From: an uncultured Actinomycetota bacterium
GTDB taxonomy: Bacteria > Actinomycetota > Actinomycetes > S36-B12 > GCA-2699445
Direction of reading: 5' to 3'
Assembly (NCBI GenBank): GCA_963766005.1
Contig: CAVXYG010000001.1
Coordinates: 2,410 to 66,409, forward strand
DNA length: 64,000 nt
Both the position numbers and the translations under genes were made by a program. The notes beneath the pieces are model-generated. The model was given only the letters and a program-made list of their open reading frames with translations. It was not told the DNA's origin and made no database searches. Positions 51,425 to 61,633 of the stretch are shown piece after piece (position 1 is the first letter of the stretch; every line of letters starts with the position of its first letter).

Positions 51425-53615
51425 GTGAACGGCTCTGACAGCATCCGGGACCGTCTGCCGATCCTCACGTGGGCTCGGCAGTACCGGTTCGGGTGGCTGC
51501 GCGGCGACCTGCTGGCCGGTCTCGTCGTGGCGGCGCTTGCCGTGCCGCAGGCCCTGGGCTACGCGACCATCGCCGGCGTGCCGGTCGTGCTCGGCATCTA
51601 TGCCATTCCGGCCGCACTCGTCGCCTATGCCCTGTTCGGATCCTCGCCGCACCTCGTGGTCGGACCGGTCTCGACGGTCTCGGTGGTCTCCGGCACGCTG
51701 GTGCTGTCGCTGTCCGGCGGCGATCCGGACCGTGCGATCGTCTTGACGACCGCCCTGGCGATCGCCTCCGGCCTCGGGCTGCTCGTCGGCGGGCTGCTCC
51801 GCATCGGCTGGGCGGCGGAGTTCCTGTCGCGCCCGATCGTCACCGGTTTCGTCTTCGGCCTGGTCCTGGTCATCATCATCGGCGAGATCCCGAAACTGCT
51901 CGGACTGCCGGCGGTGAGCGGGGACTCCATCGAGCAGGCCGTGCAGATCCTCGGCAACATCACCCAGCTGCACGGACCCACCGCAGCGATCGGGTTGGGG
52001 GCGCTGGCGATCCTCGTCCTGGGCGCCCGCTTCGCCTCGGCGCTGCCGTGGGGGCTGATGGTCCTGGTGGCCGCGATCGCGCTGTCCTCGGCGTTCTCGC
52101 TGCCGGCCCGCGACGTCGTCGTGATCGGGCCCGTGCCGTCCGGCCTTCCTCCCATCGGGCTGCCGGACATCAACCCCAGCGATGTCGCGCCGGTCCTGTT
52201 CGGCGGCCTCGCGATGGCGATGGTGGGTCTGGCCGAGGGGCTCAGCGCCGCCCGCATGTTCGCCGCGCGCGAGGGCTACTCCATCGACTCCAACCAGGAG
52301 CTCCTCGGCTCCGGGGTGGCCAACGTGGCGGCAGGGTTGTCGGGAGGGCTGGGGGTCGCGGGCTCGCTGTCCAAGACCGCCGCATCCCGGCGCGCCGGGG
52401 GCAAGACTCAGGTCACGGGCCTGACCGCGGCCGCCGTGACGCTGCTGGTGCTCGTCCTGTTCGCCGGTGCCCTGGAGCCGTTGCCCCGAACCGTGCTGTC
52501 AGCCATCGTGATCCAGGCCGTGTGGGGCTTGATGGACCTGTCCGCCTTCCGCCGCTACCAGCGGATCCGACGCAACGACTTCGTCGCCGCCATCGCCGCG
52601 CTGGTCGGCGTCGTGATCTTCGGGCCGCTCTACGGGCTGCTCATCGCCATCGGGCTGGCCTTGCTCGGCCTGGTGTACCGCTCCAGCCGGCTCGACGTCG
52701 AGGTCATGGGCAAGGTGCCTGAGGAGAAGGCCGCCTGGGGCTCCCTGCGCAACCATCCGGAGCGTCGCACCTACCCCGGCGTGGTCGTCGTGAGACTCGA
52801 CGCTCCGCTGTTCTGGGCCAATGCCAGCGAGGCGGCCGACCTGGTGCTGCGGCGCGTCGACGAATCTGAGGGTGCGGTAGCTCTCGTGCTGGACCTCGAG
52901 GCCACCTCCCAGCTGGACACGACCAGCGTGGATGCGCTCGGTCGAACTGCTGGACCAACTCGACGAACGCGCCGTCGACCTGTACTTGGTGCGGGTGTTC
53001 TACCAACCCCGTCGAACGCTGGCGCGGGCGGAGTTCCTGCAGCGGCTGGGCGAGGACCACATGTGGCACAGCATCTCCGCCGGTGTGCGGGCTGCACGTC
53101 GTGCCGCCGATCTCAGCGGGCGGGCACGGGCGCAGATCGACGTCGAGGTGGCGGAGGAGGAGAGCGTCGACGCCGAGGCCGATCTGCCTGCCGGCTCGGA
53201 ACGCATCGCGGTGGAGGACGGCGTCGAGGATGATGGTGCCGGGGACGCCGGAGCCGGAGTCGACGCAACGTCAGACAATGGTGCCCCGAAGCCGCGCGGC
53301 GGGGGTTCGCCCGCCTTCCCCGACATGCCGACCGCCGGGCCCGACCGGGACCGGGACCGGCCCCCTCATGGCGGGGGTGAAACGGCGCAGGCTGGGGAAG
53401 CCAGGATTGCACCACGCGGCACACCCCGCCGCGCGAAGGCCGCGCCCGGGTCCGACGGGAACACCGGCGCGCGCGAAGCGGGGGCGGCAGTCGAGGTCGG
53501 CACCGGCGACGCCGACGTGGCTGGCCCCGCGCCGCACTACGCAGACCCCACGCCGGAGGGCGCGACGCTCAGCGGGCTCCATCGCTGGATCCGCCGGCTG
53601 CGCCGCAAGGGCTGA
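51425..53615 (+). pseudogene. SulP-family anion transporter with a STAS domain and a long acidic tail; one apparent single-base insertion inside STAS as sequenced
   Basis: Track ORF 51425..53233 has SulP TM motifs up to ...LDLEATSQLDTTSVDAL. The continuation VELLDQLDERAVDLYLVRV... is in ORF 52932..53615. The shift is at ~52940. Confidence 0.8.
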
Positions 53616-53671
53616 GTCGCACCGACCAGTCTCGGCGAGGCCAGGCAGCGACCGGGGCTGCCGCCCCGGCA

Positions 53672-54424
53672 TCACACCGTCAGCAGCTTCATCCGGTCGA
53701 GGACCTCGTCGGCGCTCGGCGCCTGCAAGTGGTCCACGATGGAGCCGTCGGCGAGGAAGAGGACCGAGTCGGCGTAGGAGGCGGCCCTCGCGTCGTGCGT
53801 GACCATCACGATGGACTGCTGCAACTCGTCCACCGAGCGCCGCATGAACTCCAGCACCTCGGTTCCGGCACGGGAGTCCAGGTTGCCGGTCGGCTCGTCG
53901 CCGAAGATCACGTCCGGGCGGGTGACCAGGGCGCGGGCAACCGCGACCCGCTGCTGCTGCCCGCCTGAGAGTTCCGCCGGCCGGTGCGTCAAGCGGTCCG
54001 CCAACCCCACCGTGCTCACCACGTAGGAGAACCACTCGGGATCGGGCTGCTGGCCCGATATCGCCATCGGCAGCCGGATGTTCTCCGCCGCGGTGAGGGT
54101 CGGGATGAGGTTGAAGCTCTGGAAGATGAACCCGATGCGCTCGCGGCGCAGTGCCGTGAGCTTCTTGTCGTCCAGGCTCGACAACGGCGTCTCGCCGATC
54201 CAAACCTCGCCGGAGGTCACCGTATCGAGCCCGGCGACGCAGTGCATGAGCGTCGACTTGCCGGACCCCGAGGGACCCATGATCGCCGTGAATCGGGCTG
54301 CCGGGAACTCCACGCTGACCTCGTCGAGGGCCCGAACCGCGGTGGGTCCCGACCCGTAGATCTTGCTGACCGAGTCCGCGCGAGCCGCCGTCGCGCCGGT
54401 GGGCGCGCTCCTGGCCGGGGACAT
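53672..54424 (-). CDS. ABC transporter ATP-binding protein (MacB/LolD type)
   Basis: Uses the internal ATG at 54424 of track ORF 53672..54520. Motifs [24 protein letters not shown] and [11 protein letters not shown] are present. Confidence 0.92.
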   Translation of the reverse strand: MSPARSAPTGATAARADSVSKIYGSGPTAVRALDEVSVEFPAARFTAIMGPSGSGKSTLMHCVAGLDTVTSGEVWIGETPLSSLDDKKLTALRRERIGFIFQSFNLIPTLTAAENIRLPMAISGQQPDPEWFSYVVSTVGLADRLTHRPAELSGGQQQRVAVARALVTRPDVIFGDEPTGNLDSRAGTEVLEFMRRSVDELQQSIVMVTHDARAASYADSVLFLADGSIVDHLQAPSADEVLDRMKLLTV

Positions 54425-54502
54425 GGTCACCCTCGGTAGTCTAGGGCTGCACCGGGCCGGCACGGCGAAAAAGCGCCGACACCGGCGGATGCGGCTGCGA
54501 GA

Positions 54503-57040
54503 ATGCCGCACGTGGGTCAACTGCTACTGATCGCTTGGCGCAATGCCACGTCGAGTCTCGGCCGGACAGCGATGACGCTGCTCGCCGTGTGCCTCGGCGT
54601 GGCATTCCTCGCCGGCTCACTGGCGGTCTCGGACACCCTGACGCGCAACATCTCGGTGCTGTTCTCCTCGCAGTACGACAGCGTCGATGTCGTCGTCCGC
54701 GGCGAGGCCGTGGCGTTCGGCCTGCGGGCCGACGTCGACGAGGCGCTGGTCGACCAGGCGGCGGCGGTGCCGGGGGCGGCGGCGGCCGCGGGAATCGTGG
54801 AGGGCCCCGCCCAGCCTTTGGATGTGGACGGCGAGCCGCTGGGGAGCGCCCAACAGCCGGGGATGGGCCGCACCTGGATCGGCGACACGCGCCTGCAGAA
54901 CATCCCCTTGCTGTCCGGGAGCCCACCGGCAGGTCCGGGCGAGGTCGTGCTCGACGCCACCACGGCCGAGCAGGCAGGCCTAGCCAGCGGCGACGCGATC
55001 CAGATCGCCACGTCCGCTGCGGTGCAACCGGTGACCGTGGTCGGCGTTGCCGATGTCAGCAGCGGTACCGGTTCCGCGCTGACCTGGTACGACCCGGCCA
55101 CGGCGCAGTTGCTGCTGGGCAGCCCCGGCGTGGTGCAGGAGGTCTTCGTGGCCTCCGACGGCTCGCTCACTCCCGACGACCTCGCCTCCGCCGTCGCCGC
55201 GACCGCGGGCCCCCAGGTCGAGGTCCTGACCGGGGCCGACGCGGCCGAGCAGTCCCGGCGCACCGTCGAGGCCGTCTTCGGCTTCTTCCGCGTGATCCTG
55301 CTGATCTTCGTCGCCATCGGCCTGCTCGTGTGCACCTTCATCGTCTACAACACCTTCGCCGTGCTGACCGCCCAGCGGACGCGGGAGTTGGCCACGCTGC
55401 GGGCGCTGGGCTGCAGCCAGCGGCAGGTGACCGGGTCGACCCTGGCCGAGGGCGCGCTGATCGGCGCCCTCGGATCGTCGATCGGCGTTGCGCTGGGCTA
55501 CTTCGGCAGCACCGGACTGCTGCGGCTGATGGCGGCGCTCGGGTTCGGCGACATCAGCGGCGGGATCGTGCTGCGCCCCGCTACGGTCGCCGTGGCCTTC
55601 ACCGCCGGGATGGTCGTCACGATCCTCGGCGCCTACCCCGCCGCCCGCGCCGCTGGCCGCATGCCGCCGGTCAGCGCCATGCGGCAGACGACGACGCAGA
55701 TCGACCCGGTCACGATCGGACGGATCCTGGTCGGATTCGCCGGCCTCGCACTGACAGTCGTCTTCGTCGCACGGGGCACGACGATCGGCTTCCCCGACGG
55801 CCTGGCCGACGTTGGCATCGGCCTGCTGGCGCTCCTCGTGGGCCTGGGCGCCTGGACCCGGCCCATGGTCGGCGGCATCATCGGGGGCCTTGCCCCGGTC
55901 TGGACTCGCCTCGCCGGACTGGCCGGGGACCTCGCGGGACGCAACAGCCTCCGCGACGTCCAGCGCACGACGGTGACGGCCGGCTCGCTGGCGCTGGCAC
56001 TAGCGCTGGTGACCTCGATGGGCGTGCTGACCTCCTCCACCAAGGCCACTTTGGACAACGCCGCCAGCTCAGAGTTGAGTGCAGACGTCCTGGTCATTCC
56101 GGTCGTCGGCGCCACGGCGATGCCGGCGGGCGTGACCGATGCGGTCACCGGCACCGACGGGGTGGCTGCGGCCAGCCCCATCCTGTTCGATGCGGCCCTC
56201 ATCGGATTGCGCCCGACCTTCGTCACGGGCGTCAACCCCGACGCCGTGTCGCAGGTGATCAGTCTCGACGTCGAGGATGGCGACGCCGCGGCGCTGCGCG
56301 ATGGCGAACTGCTGGTCTCGCGATCCACCGCCACCGCGCGCGGCCTGCGTGTGGGGCAGGATGTCCGCACGCTGTTCGCAGCCAGCGGATTGGTGGAGCT
56401 GCGGGTGGGGGGCATCTACGCGGACAACATCTACGCCGGCTTCGCATTGCTGGACGAGGGGCTCTTCCGGCAGCTGTCGGGCAAGTCCGGTGTCTGGTAC
56501 GTCTACGCGACGATCGACGAGGGGTCCGACCCGGAGACCGTGCGCGACGCCGTGGCCCTCTCGATCGAGGGCATCGCCAACACCGAGGCAATCACGCTGG
56601 AGCAGTACACCGAGTACCAGGACCAGATCGTCGACCAGGCCCTCGCAGGGGTGTACTTCATGCTCTTCTTCGCCGTGATCGTGGCGCTGGTCGGTGTTGC
56701 CAACACCATTGCGCTGTCGGTCAGCGAGCGGGTGCGCGAAATCGGCATGCTGCGCGCCATCGGGATGACCCGGACGCAGGTGTCCCGCATGATTCGATCC
56801 GAAGCAGCCCTGACCTCCATAGCGGGTGCGGCGATCGGCGTCCTCGTCGGGCTCTACCTCGGCTTGGCGATCCGCGCCCTGCTCTCCTCGGTCGGCTTCT
56901 CGCAGCTGTCCATCCCGATGGCGTCGATCACGGTGTTCTTCGCGGTGGCCGTGCTCGCCGGGGTGCTCTCGGCGGCGCTTCCCGCCCGCCGCGCCTCGCG
57001 GCTGAACGTTCTCGACGCGATCCGCGGCTCCGGGGCATAG
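54503..57040 (+). CDS. ABC transporter permease with two FtsX-type domains (MacB-like)
   Basis: 845-aa track ORF with two FtsX modules ([10 protein letters not shown].., [10 protein letters not shown]..). It is divergent from its ATPase across a 78-bp gap. Confidence 0.9.
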   Translation: MPHVGQLLLIAWRNATSSLGRTAMTLLAVCLGVAFLAGSLAVSDTLTRNISVLFSSQYDSVDVVVRGEAVAFGLRADVDEALVDQAAAVPGAAAAAGIVEGPAQPLDVDGEPLGSAQQPGMGRTWIGDTRLQNIPLLSGSPPAGPGEVVLDATTAEQAGLASGDAIQIATSAAVQPVTVVGVADVSSGTGSALTWYDPATAQLLLGSPGVVQEVFVASDGSLTPDDLASAVAATAGPQVEVLTGADAAEQSRRTVEAVFGFFRVILLIFVAIGLLVCTFIVYNTFAVLTAQRTRELATLRALGCSQRQVTGSTLAEGALIGALGSSIGVALGYFGSTGLLRLMAALGFGDISGGIVLRPATVAVAFTAGMVVTILGAYPAARAAGRMPPVSAMRQTTTQIDPVTIGRILVGFAGLALTVVFVARGTTIGFPDGLADVGIGLLALLVGLGAWTRPMVGGIIGGLAPVWTRLAGLAGDLAGRNSLRDVQRTTVTAGSLALALALVTSMGVLTSSTKATLDNAASSELSADVLVIPVVGATAMPAGVTDAVTGTDGVAAASPILFDAALIGLRPTFVTGVNPDAVSQVISLDVEDGDAAALRDGELLVSRSTATARGLRVGQDVRTLFAASGLVELRVGGIYADNIYAGFALLDEGLFRQLSGKSGVWYVYATIDEGSDPETVRDAVALSIEGIANTEAITLEQYTEYQDQIVDQALAGVYFMLFFAVIVALVGVANTIALSVSERVREIGMLRAIGMTRTQVSRMIRSEAALTSIAGAAIGVLVGLYLGLAIRALLSSVGFSQLSIPMASITVFFAVAVLAGVLSAALPARRASRLNVLDAIRGSGA

Positions 57041-57046
57041 CCGCCC

Positions 57047-57538
57047 ATGGACGATGGTCGTGCGACCGCGCCGGATCCCCCCGGGGACGGCCCGGTCTCG
57101 CCCTTCGACCTGCCCTCGGCGGCCGCGCGGGAGCGGGTATGGGACATTGCGCTGGCGATCGCGGCAGGCGGGGCTCTCGGCGGCGCAGCCCGGTACGCGG
57201 TGAGCAGCGTCGTCCCCTCCTCGGACGGCGGCTTCCCGTGGGCAACCTTCACCGAGAACGCGTTGGGGTCCTTCCTCATGGGCATCCTCACGGTCTACCT
57301 GATGGAGGTATGGCCGCCCAACCGATACCTGCGGCCGTTCCTCGGCGTGGGGATCCTCGGCGGCTTCACGACCTTCTCCGCCTACACCTCCGAGGCGCGC
57401 GCGCTGCTGCTCGACGGCGAGGGCGCGATGGCCGTGAGCTACCTGTTCGGAAGCGTCGCGGTCGGCCTGACCGCCGTCGTGGCCGGCCTGATCGTGGCGC
57501 GCGCCATCGCAGGCACCAGCACCCGGAGGGGCACATGA
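57047..57538 (+). CDS. crcB: Fluoride efflux channel CrcB
   Basis: Track ORF has [14 protein letters not shown] and [11 protein letters not shown] motifs. Confidence 0.88.
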   Translation: MDDGRATAPDPPGDGPVSPFDLPSAAARERVWDIALAIAAGGALGGAARYAVSSVVPSSDGGFPWATFTENALGSFLMGILTVYLMEVWPPNRYLRPFLGVGILGGFTTFSAYTSEARALLLDGEGAMAVSYLFGSVAVGLTAVVAGLIVARAIAGTSTRRGT

Positions 57539-57888
57539 AACTGCAGGGACCAGCGACCAGGCTCATGATCTTCGTCGGCGAGTCCGACCAGTGGCACCAT
57601 CGCCCGGTGTACAGCGAGGTGGTCCATCGGGCGCACGCGGCCGGATTGGCCGGCGCGAGTGTCGTGCGCGGAATCGAGGGTTTCGGCGCCACCTCCCGGA
57701 TCCACACCACGCGGCTGGTCAGTCTCAGCGACGACCTCCCGGTAGCAGTGATCATCGTCGACAGCGAGCACAAGATCGCCGCGTTCCTGCCGCAACTCGA
57801 CGACCTGATCACCGAAGGCCTCGTGATCGTCGAGCCGGTGCAGGTCATCAAGTACGTCGGCAGGCCGAAGGGCAACAGCCAGACATGA
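57535..57888 (+). CDS. DUF190 (PII-like) protein associated with CrcB
   Basis: ATG at 57535 forms an ATGA overlap. It is the last 117 codons of track ORF 54535..57888: [42 protein letters not shown]. Confidence 0.85.
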   Translation: MKLQGPATRLMIFVGESDQWHHRPVYSEVVHRAHAAGLAGASVVRGIEGFGATSRIHTTRLVSLSDDLPVAVIIVDSEHKIAAFLPQLDDLITEGLVIVEPVQVIKYVGRPKGNSQT

Positions 57889-58265
57889 CGCTGCTGCTCG
57901 TCATGATCGGCGCCGCCACCGGCGCCGTCGGGCGCTGGTTGGTGGATCGCGCGATCGCCGGGCGCAACGACAGCGTCTTCCCGTGGGGGACGTTCACCGT
58001 CAACGTCAGCGGGTCGCTGCTGCTCGGCATCATCGCCGGCGCCACCGCAGCCGGGCCCGGCTCCTGGTACCCGTTGCTCGGCATCGGATTCTGCGGCGGC
58101 TTCACGACCTTCAGCACCTTCAGCATGGAGACGTGGCGACTGATCGAGGACGGCTCCCGCACCGTGGCGCTGCGCAACGTTGCGGCCAGCCTCGCCGCCG
58201 GCCTGGCCGCTGCCCTCATCGGGTGGTATCTCGCGGTCGCGATCTGGGGCCCCCCGCCGTCCTAG
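57885..58265 (+). CDS. crcB: Fluoride efflux channel CrcB (second subunit)
   Basis: ATG at 57885 forms an ATGA overlap. It is the tail of track ORF 57591..58265 and has [13 protein letters not shown] and [12 protein letters not shown] motifs. Confidence 0.88.
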   Translation: MTLLLVMIGAATGAVGRWLVDRAIAGRNDSVFPWGTFTVNVSGSLLLGIIAGATAAGPGSWYPLLGIGFCGGFTTFSTFSMETWRLIEDGSRTVALRNVAASLAAGLAAALIGWYLAVAIWGPPPS

Positions 58266-58298
58266 GATCGGCGTGCCCGACGACCGGAGCCTGGATTC

Positions 58299-58317
58299 CC
58301 CGTCTGCCGAGGACGGG
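58299..58317 (+). terminator. Small hairpin downstream of the crcB cluster
   Basis: CCCGTC-TGCCGAG-GACGGG. There is no U-tract. Confidence 0.3.
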
Positions 58318-58759
58318 ATCGCGGACACGACCGGCGGCAGTCGGTGCGCGCCGATCGCGGACGCCCTGCCCGCCGAACCCTGTCCAGCATGCCGCCGGAT
58401 AGATCGATCGCACCCGACGGACTCCGCGGAGCAAGGGTGAGGCGCACGCGTCCCACGCCGAGGCCATCAGACTGCCGGATGCCCCAACGGTCCGGGGCCC
58501 GCGGCGAGACCACCGGTGGCACCGGGTCCCGAGGTCGCGACGGACTGCTCCGCGGACCACTTGGGCGAGCCAGACCTGCACCGCAGCAGGCTCCGTCGCC
58601 AGGAGCCCTCGCGGGTGTCCCGGGACTCTCCGTTCCGGCACACCCCCCGCAGGCCGAGCCCCGGCACACCCGTCCGAGTTCGCTCGGGGCCCACGATCGG
58701 CCGGGGACCGCACCGAGGCGTACGACCCCCAGCGATCTGAGGCTCGGTAGGCTGCAGGT

Positions 58760-59314
58760 ATGGCTGTCTCCTCCCCGAGCACCCCCTTGGGATCCCCACT
58801 GCCGGGCACCGTGCTGCCCGATTTGACCGGTGCCGCCCTCGACATCGCTGCCTACGCGGCGAGCCGGCCGCTGCTCGTGGTCTTCGCGTGCAACCACTGC
58901 CCCTACGTCCGCCACGTGGAGGCCGCCCTCGGGGAACTCGTGGCCGGGTACGACACCGCTCTGCTGGCGGTGGTGGCGATCAGTCCGAATGACGTGTCGC
59001 GCTACCCGGAGGATGATGTACCGCGCCTGGCCGAGCAGGTCGGCCGTGCCCACTGGACCTTCCCGTACCTGGTCGATAGCGGGCAGAGCGCCGCCCGAGG
59101 GTTCGGGGCTGTGTGCACGCCCGACTTCTTCCTCTACGACGCCGACCACCGACTCGCCTACCGCGGTGCCTTCGACTCCTCCACCCCGGGCAACGGCCAG
59201 CCGCTGACCGGCGACGACCTTCGTGCCGCCATCGATGCGGTGCTCGCAGGCCAGCCCGCGCCCCAGCCCCAGCGTCCCGCGATGGGCTGCTCCATCAAGT
59301 GGAAGGGCGAATGA
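58760..59314 (+). CDS. Thioredoxin-fold protein (redoxin/thiol-disulfide oxidoreductase-like, CNHC motif)
   Basis: Track ORF contains LLVVFACNHCPYV. TAGGCT lies 6 nt upstream of the ATG, which suggests a leaderless transcript. Confidence 0.8.
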   Translation: MAVSSPSTPLGSPLPGTVLPDLTGAALDIAAYAASRPLLVVFACNHCPYVRHVEAALGELVAGYDTALLAVVAISPNDVSRYPEDDVPRLAEQVGRAHWTFPYLVDSGQSAARGFGAVCTPDFFLYDADHRLAYRGAFDSSTPGNGQPLTGDDLRAAIDAVLAGQPAPQPQRPAMGCSIKWKGE

Positions 59315-60299
59315 GCGTGACCGACCACAGTTGCGATCTACTGATCATCGGAGCCGGGCCCGCCGGGCTGTACGCCGCCTACTACGCGGGCTTCCGCGGG
59401 TGGTCGAGCATCGTCATGGACAACCTGCCCGAGCCCGGCGGCCAGATCACGGCCATGTACCCGGAGAAGGACATCTTCGACGTCGCCGGCTTTCCGAGCA
59501 TCCGGGGCCGCGAACTCGTGCACGGCCTGGTGAAGCAGGCCGAGCCGTTCGAGCCGCACTACCTGCTCGGAGAGCAGGCCGTGGAGCTGGCCACTGCCGA
59601 GAACGGCCCGGTCCGGGTCACGTCGGCATCCGGTGCGACCATCGAGGCCAAGGCCTGCGTGATCACCGGCGGGATCGGGTCCTTCTCCCCCGCCCCATGC
59701 CGGCCGGTGCCGGGTGGGAGGGCAGAGGCCTGGTGTACTTCGTCCCGCGCCTGGAGGAGCACCGGGACCAGGACGTCGTCATCGTCGGGGGCGGGGACTC
59801 CGCCTTCGACTGGGCGTACATGTTGCACCCCGTCGCACGAAGCATCCGCATCGTGCACCGCCGGGAGCAGTTCCGCGCGCACGGCGCGATGGTGCAGCAG
59901 GTCAAGAACCTCGGGATCACCCTGCACACGCCGTGCGAGGTGACCGCGGTGAACGGCGAGCATCGCATCGCCTCGGTCGATATCACGAGCAAGACCACCG
60001 GGGAGACCGACACTGTGCCGGCCGACACGGTGATCGCGGCGCTCGGGTTCATCGCCAACATCGGCCCCATGGCCAGTTGGGGCCTGGAGTTGGACAAGCG
60101 ACACATCAAGGTGGACACGACGATGGCGACCTCGCTACCGCGGGTCTTCGCCGCTGGGGACATCGCCGTCTATCCGGGCAAGGTCGCCCTCATCTCGGTG
60201 GGTTTCGGCGAGGCTGCCCTGGCCGTCAACAATGCCGCGCCGATCATCGATCCGAACATGGGGATCTTCCCCGGCCACTCCTCCGGAGAGAGCAACTGA
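59311..60299 (+). pseudogene. Ferredoxin-NADP reductase (thioredoxin-reductase-like, YumC type), with an apparent 1-nt deletion at a C-run as sequenced
   Basis: ATG at 59311 forms an ATGA overlap. DLLIIGAGPAGLYAAYYAG...GGIGSFSP lies in the frame of ORF 59113..59943. RPMPAGAGWEGRGLVYFV...VIVGGGDSAFDWA... lies in ORF 59223..60299. The shift is at the CCCCC run, 59687..59691. Confidence 0.82.
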
Positions 60300-60808
60300 T
60301 GACCTTCCCGCGCGACGCGTTCAGCGACGTCCTCCAGGCGAACGAGGAGTACGCGCAGACCTTCCACAACGAGCAGCTCGGCGGACGGGCCGCCCGGGGC
60401 CTGGCGCTGGTCACCTGCATGGACTCGCGGATCGATCCGCTGTCGATGCTCGGGATGCATCCGGGCGACATGAAGATCATCCGCAACGCCGGTGCCCGCG
60501 TGACCGACGATGTCCTGCGGACCCTGGTCCTCGCGGTGCACCTGCTGGCGGTGGATCGCATCCTGGTCGTCCCCCACACCAACTGCAAGATGGCCTCCGG
60601 GGATGACGCAGCCGTGCATCAGGCGCTGTCGGACGCCACCGGACTGGATACCCGGTGGATGGACATCGGCACGACACCGGACCAGATGGGCGCCTTGCAG
60701 CACGGCCTCACGCGGATCCGCACGATGCCGTACATCCCCGAGCGGGTGACGGTGGCCGGCGCCATCTACGACGTCTTCACCGGGCGGCTGGAGCCGGTGG
60801 ACGCTTAG
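60299..60808 (+). CDS. Beta-class carbonic anhydrase
   Basis: ATG at 60299 shares its A with the upstream TGA. It is the tail of track ORF 59714..60808 and has CMDSR and HTNC zinc-ligand motifs. Confidence 0.85.
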   Translation: MTFPRDAFSDVLQANEEYAQTFHNEQLGGRAARGLALVTCMDSRIDPLSMLGMHPGDMKIIRNAGARVTDDVLRTLVLAVHLLAVDRILVVPHTNCKMASGDDAAVHQALSDATGLDTRWMDIGTTPDQMGALQHGLTRIRTMPYIPERVTVAGAIYDVFTGRLEPVDA

Positions 60809-60997
60809 GCGAACTTCGGCGAGCGGTCGAGGTCGCGGCGACGTCGGCCGCTGCGTTGCGGGCACGCCGTCGCGGGTCGGCGGTTGGCCACCCCCCTTCC
60901 GGCAGCGCGCCCGAGCATCGGCGACCTCCGCCTCTGGTGGCCTCCCCCGGCGCCGCAGTTGGCTGGCTGTCGTAGGGCATACCGGAAGGAGGCCGTC

Positions 60998-61459
60998 ATG
61001 GTCATGCGAAGCGGGAGCCCGGCGACTGGCCGCGGCGGGTTCGCCGTCACCGAGCGGGCGCTCGGCATCATCGGCTCCATCGCTGCGTTCCTCGGGGCGT
61101 TCATCCTGCTCGGATCGGGGAACCAGTCGATCGGCCTCGGCGGCCAAGTGTCCTGGCAAGTTGACCAGATCGCTCCGTGGTGGGGGTATTCCCTGCTGAT
61201 CCTGGGTGCGGTGCTGGTCGCCGGCGCCGTGGCGCTCAAGCTGCTCCGGCCGAAGTCGCAGCCGCGCTCCGGCAAGGGCGACGTACTCGCGCACAGCGCC
61301 ATCTTCGTGGTGGTCAACGCCTTCCTGTGGGCGCAGGACATCGCGATCGGCGGTGGCCTGGACTACGCCTACTGGATCACCATTCCCTGGGGCATCGGCT
61401 TGGTTGTCCATGCGAGGGCGCAGACCACCGCGAACCGCGAGCCAGCGGGACCGCAGTAG
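60998..61459 (+). CDS. 2TM-domain membrane protein
   Basis: ATG at 60998 follows GGAAGGAGG, inside track ORF 60884..61459. Contains LAHSAIFVVVNAFLW...YWITIPWGIGLVVHA. Confidence 0.7.
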   Translation: MVMRSGSPATGRGGFAVTERALGIIGSIAAFLGAFILLGSGNQSIGLGGQVSWQVDQIAPWWGYSLLILGAVLVAGAVALKLLRPKSQPRSGKGDVLAHSAIFVVVNAFLWAQDIAIGGGLDYAYWITIPWGIGLVVHARAQTTANREPAGPQ

Positions 61460-61633
61460 CCGGGACCCGGAGACCCGCCGGACGCCGGCACCGCGCCCGT
61501 CGGGGACTGGTGGTGCAACTCCTGCCCGGCCGACCACCGGTCGTCGGGCCGCCACCGAGCTTTCGTCCCAGGCTCATGCAGGTGAGCGGCGCCCTGGCCG
61601 AGTCAGCCGACTGGCCCGGACGAACCGCTGCTC

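Noticed and set aside
57041-57046. Fluoride riboswitch upstream of crcB
   Set aside because: Only 6 nt separate the permease stop from the crcB start. I saw no crcB-motif-like sequence in the permease 3' end by eye.
54535-57888. 1117-aa plus-strand ORF overlapping the ABC permease and crcB
   Set aside because: It is an alternative frame of the permease and crcB with Arg/Gly-rich junk. Only its last 117 codons (the DUF190 protein) are real.
58266-58759. RNase P RNA, tmRNA, SRP RNA or a cobalamin riboswitch as the identity of the unassigned region
   Set aside because: I looked on both strands for the diagnostic strings: GAGGAAAGUCCGG and ACAGAACCCGGC for RNase P, the tRNA-like ends of tmRNA, CAGGUCCGGAAGGAAGCAGC for SRP, and the B12 box GCCACUG with AGGGAA/GGUGAGAAUCC. 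Only weak partial resemblances exist (for example GACCACTTGGG…GCCAGACCTGC). A covariance-model scan is still needed.
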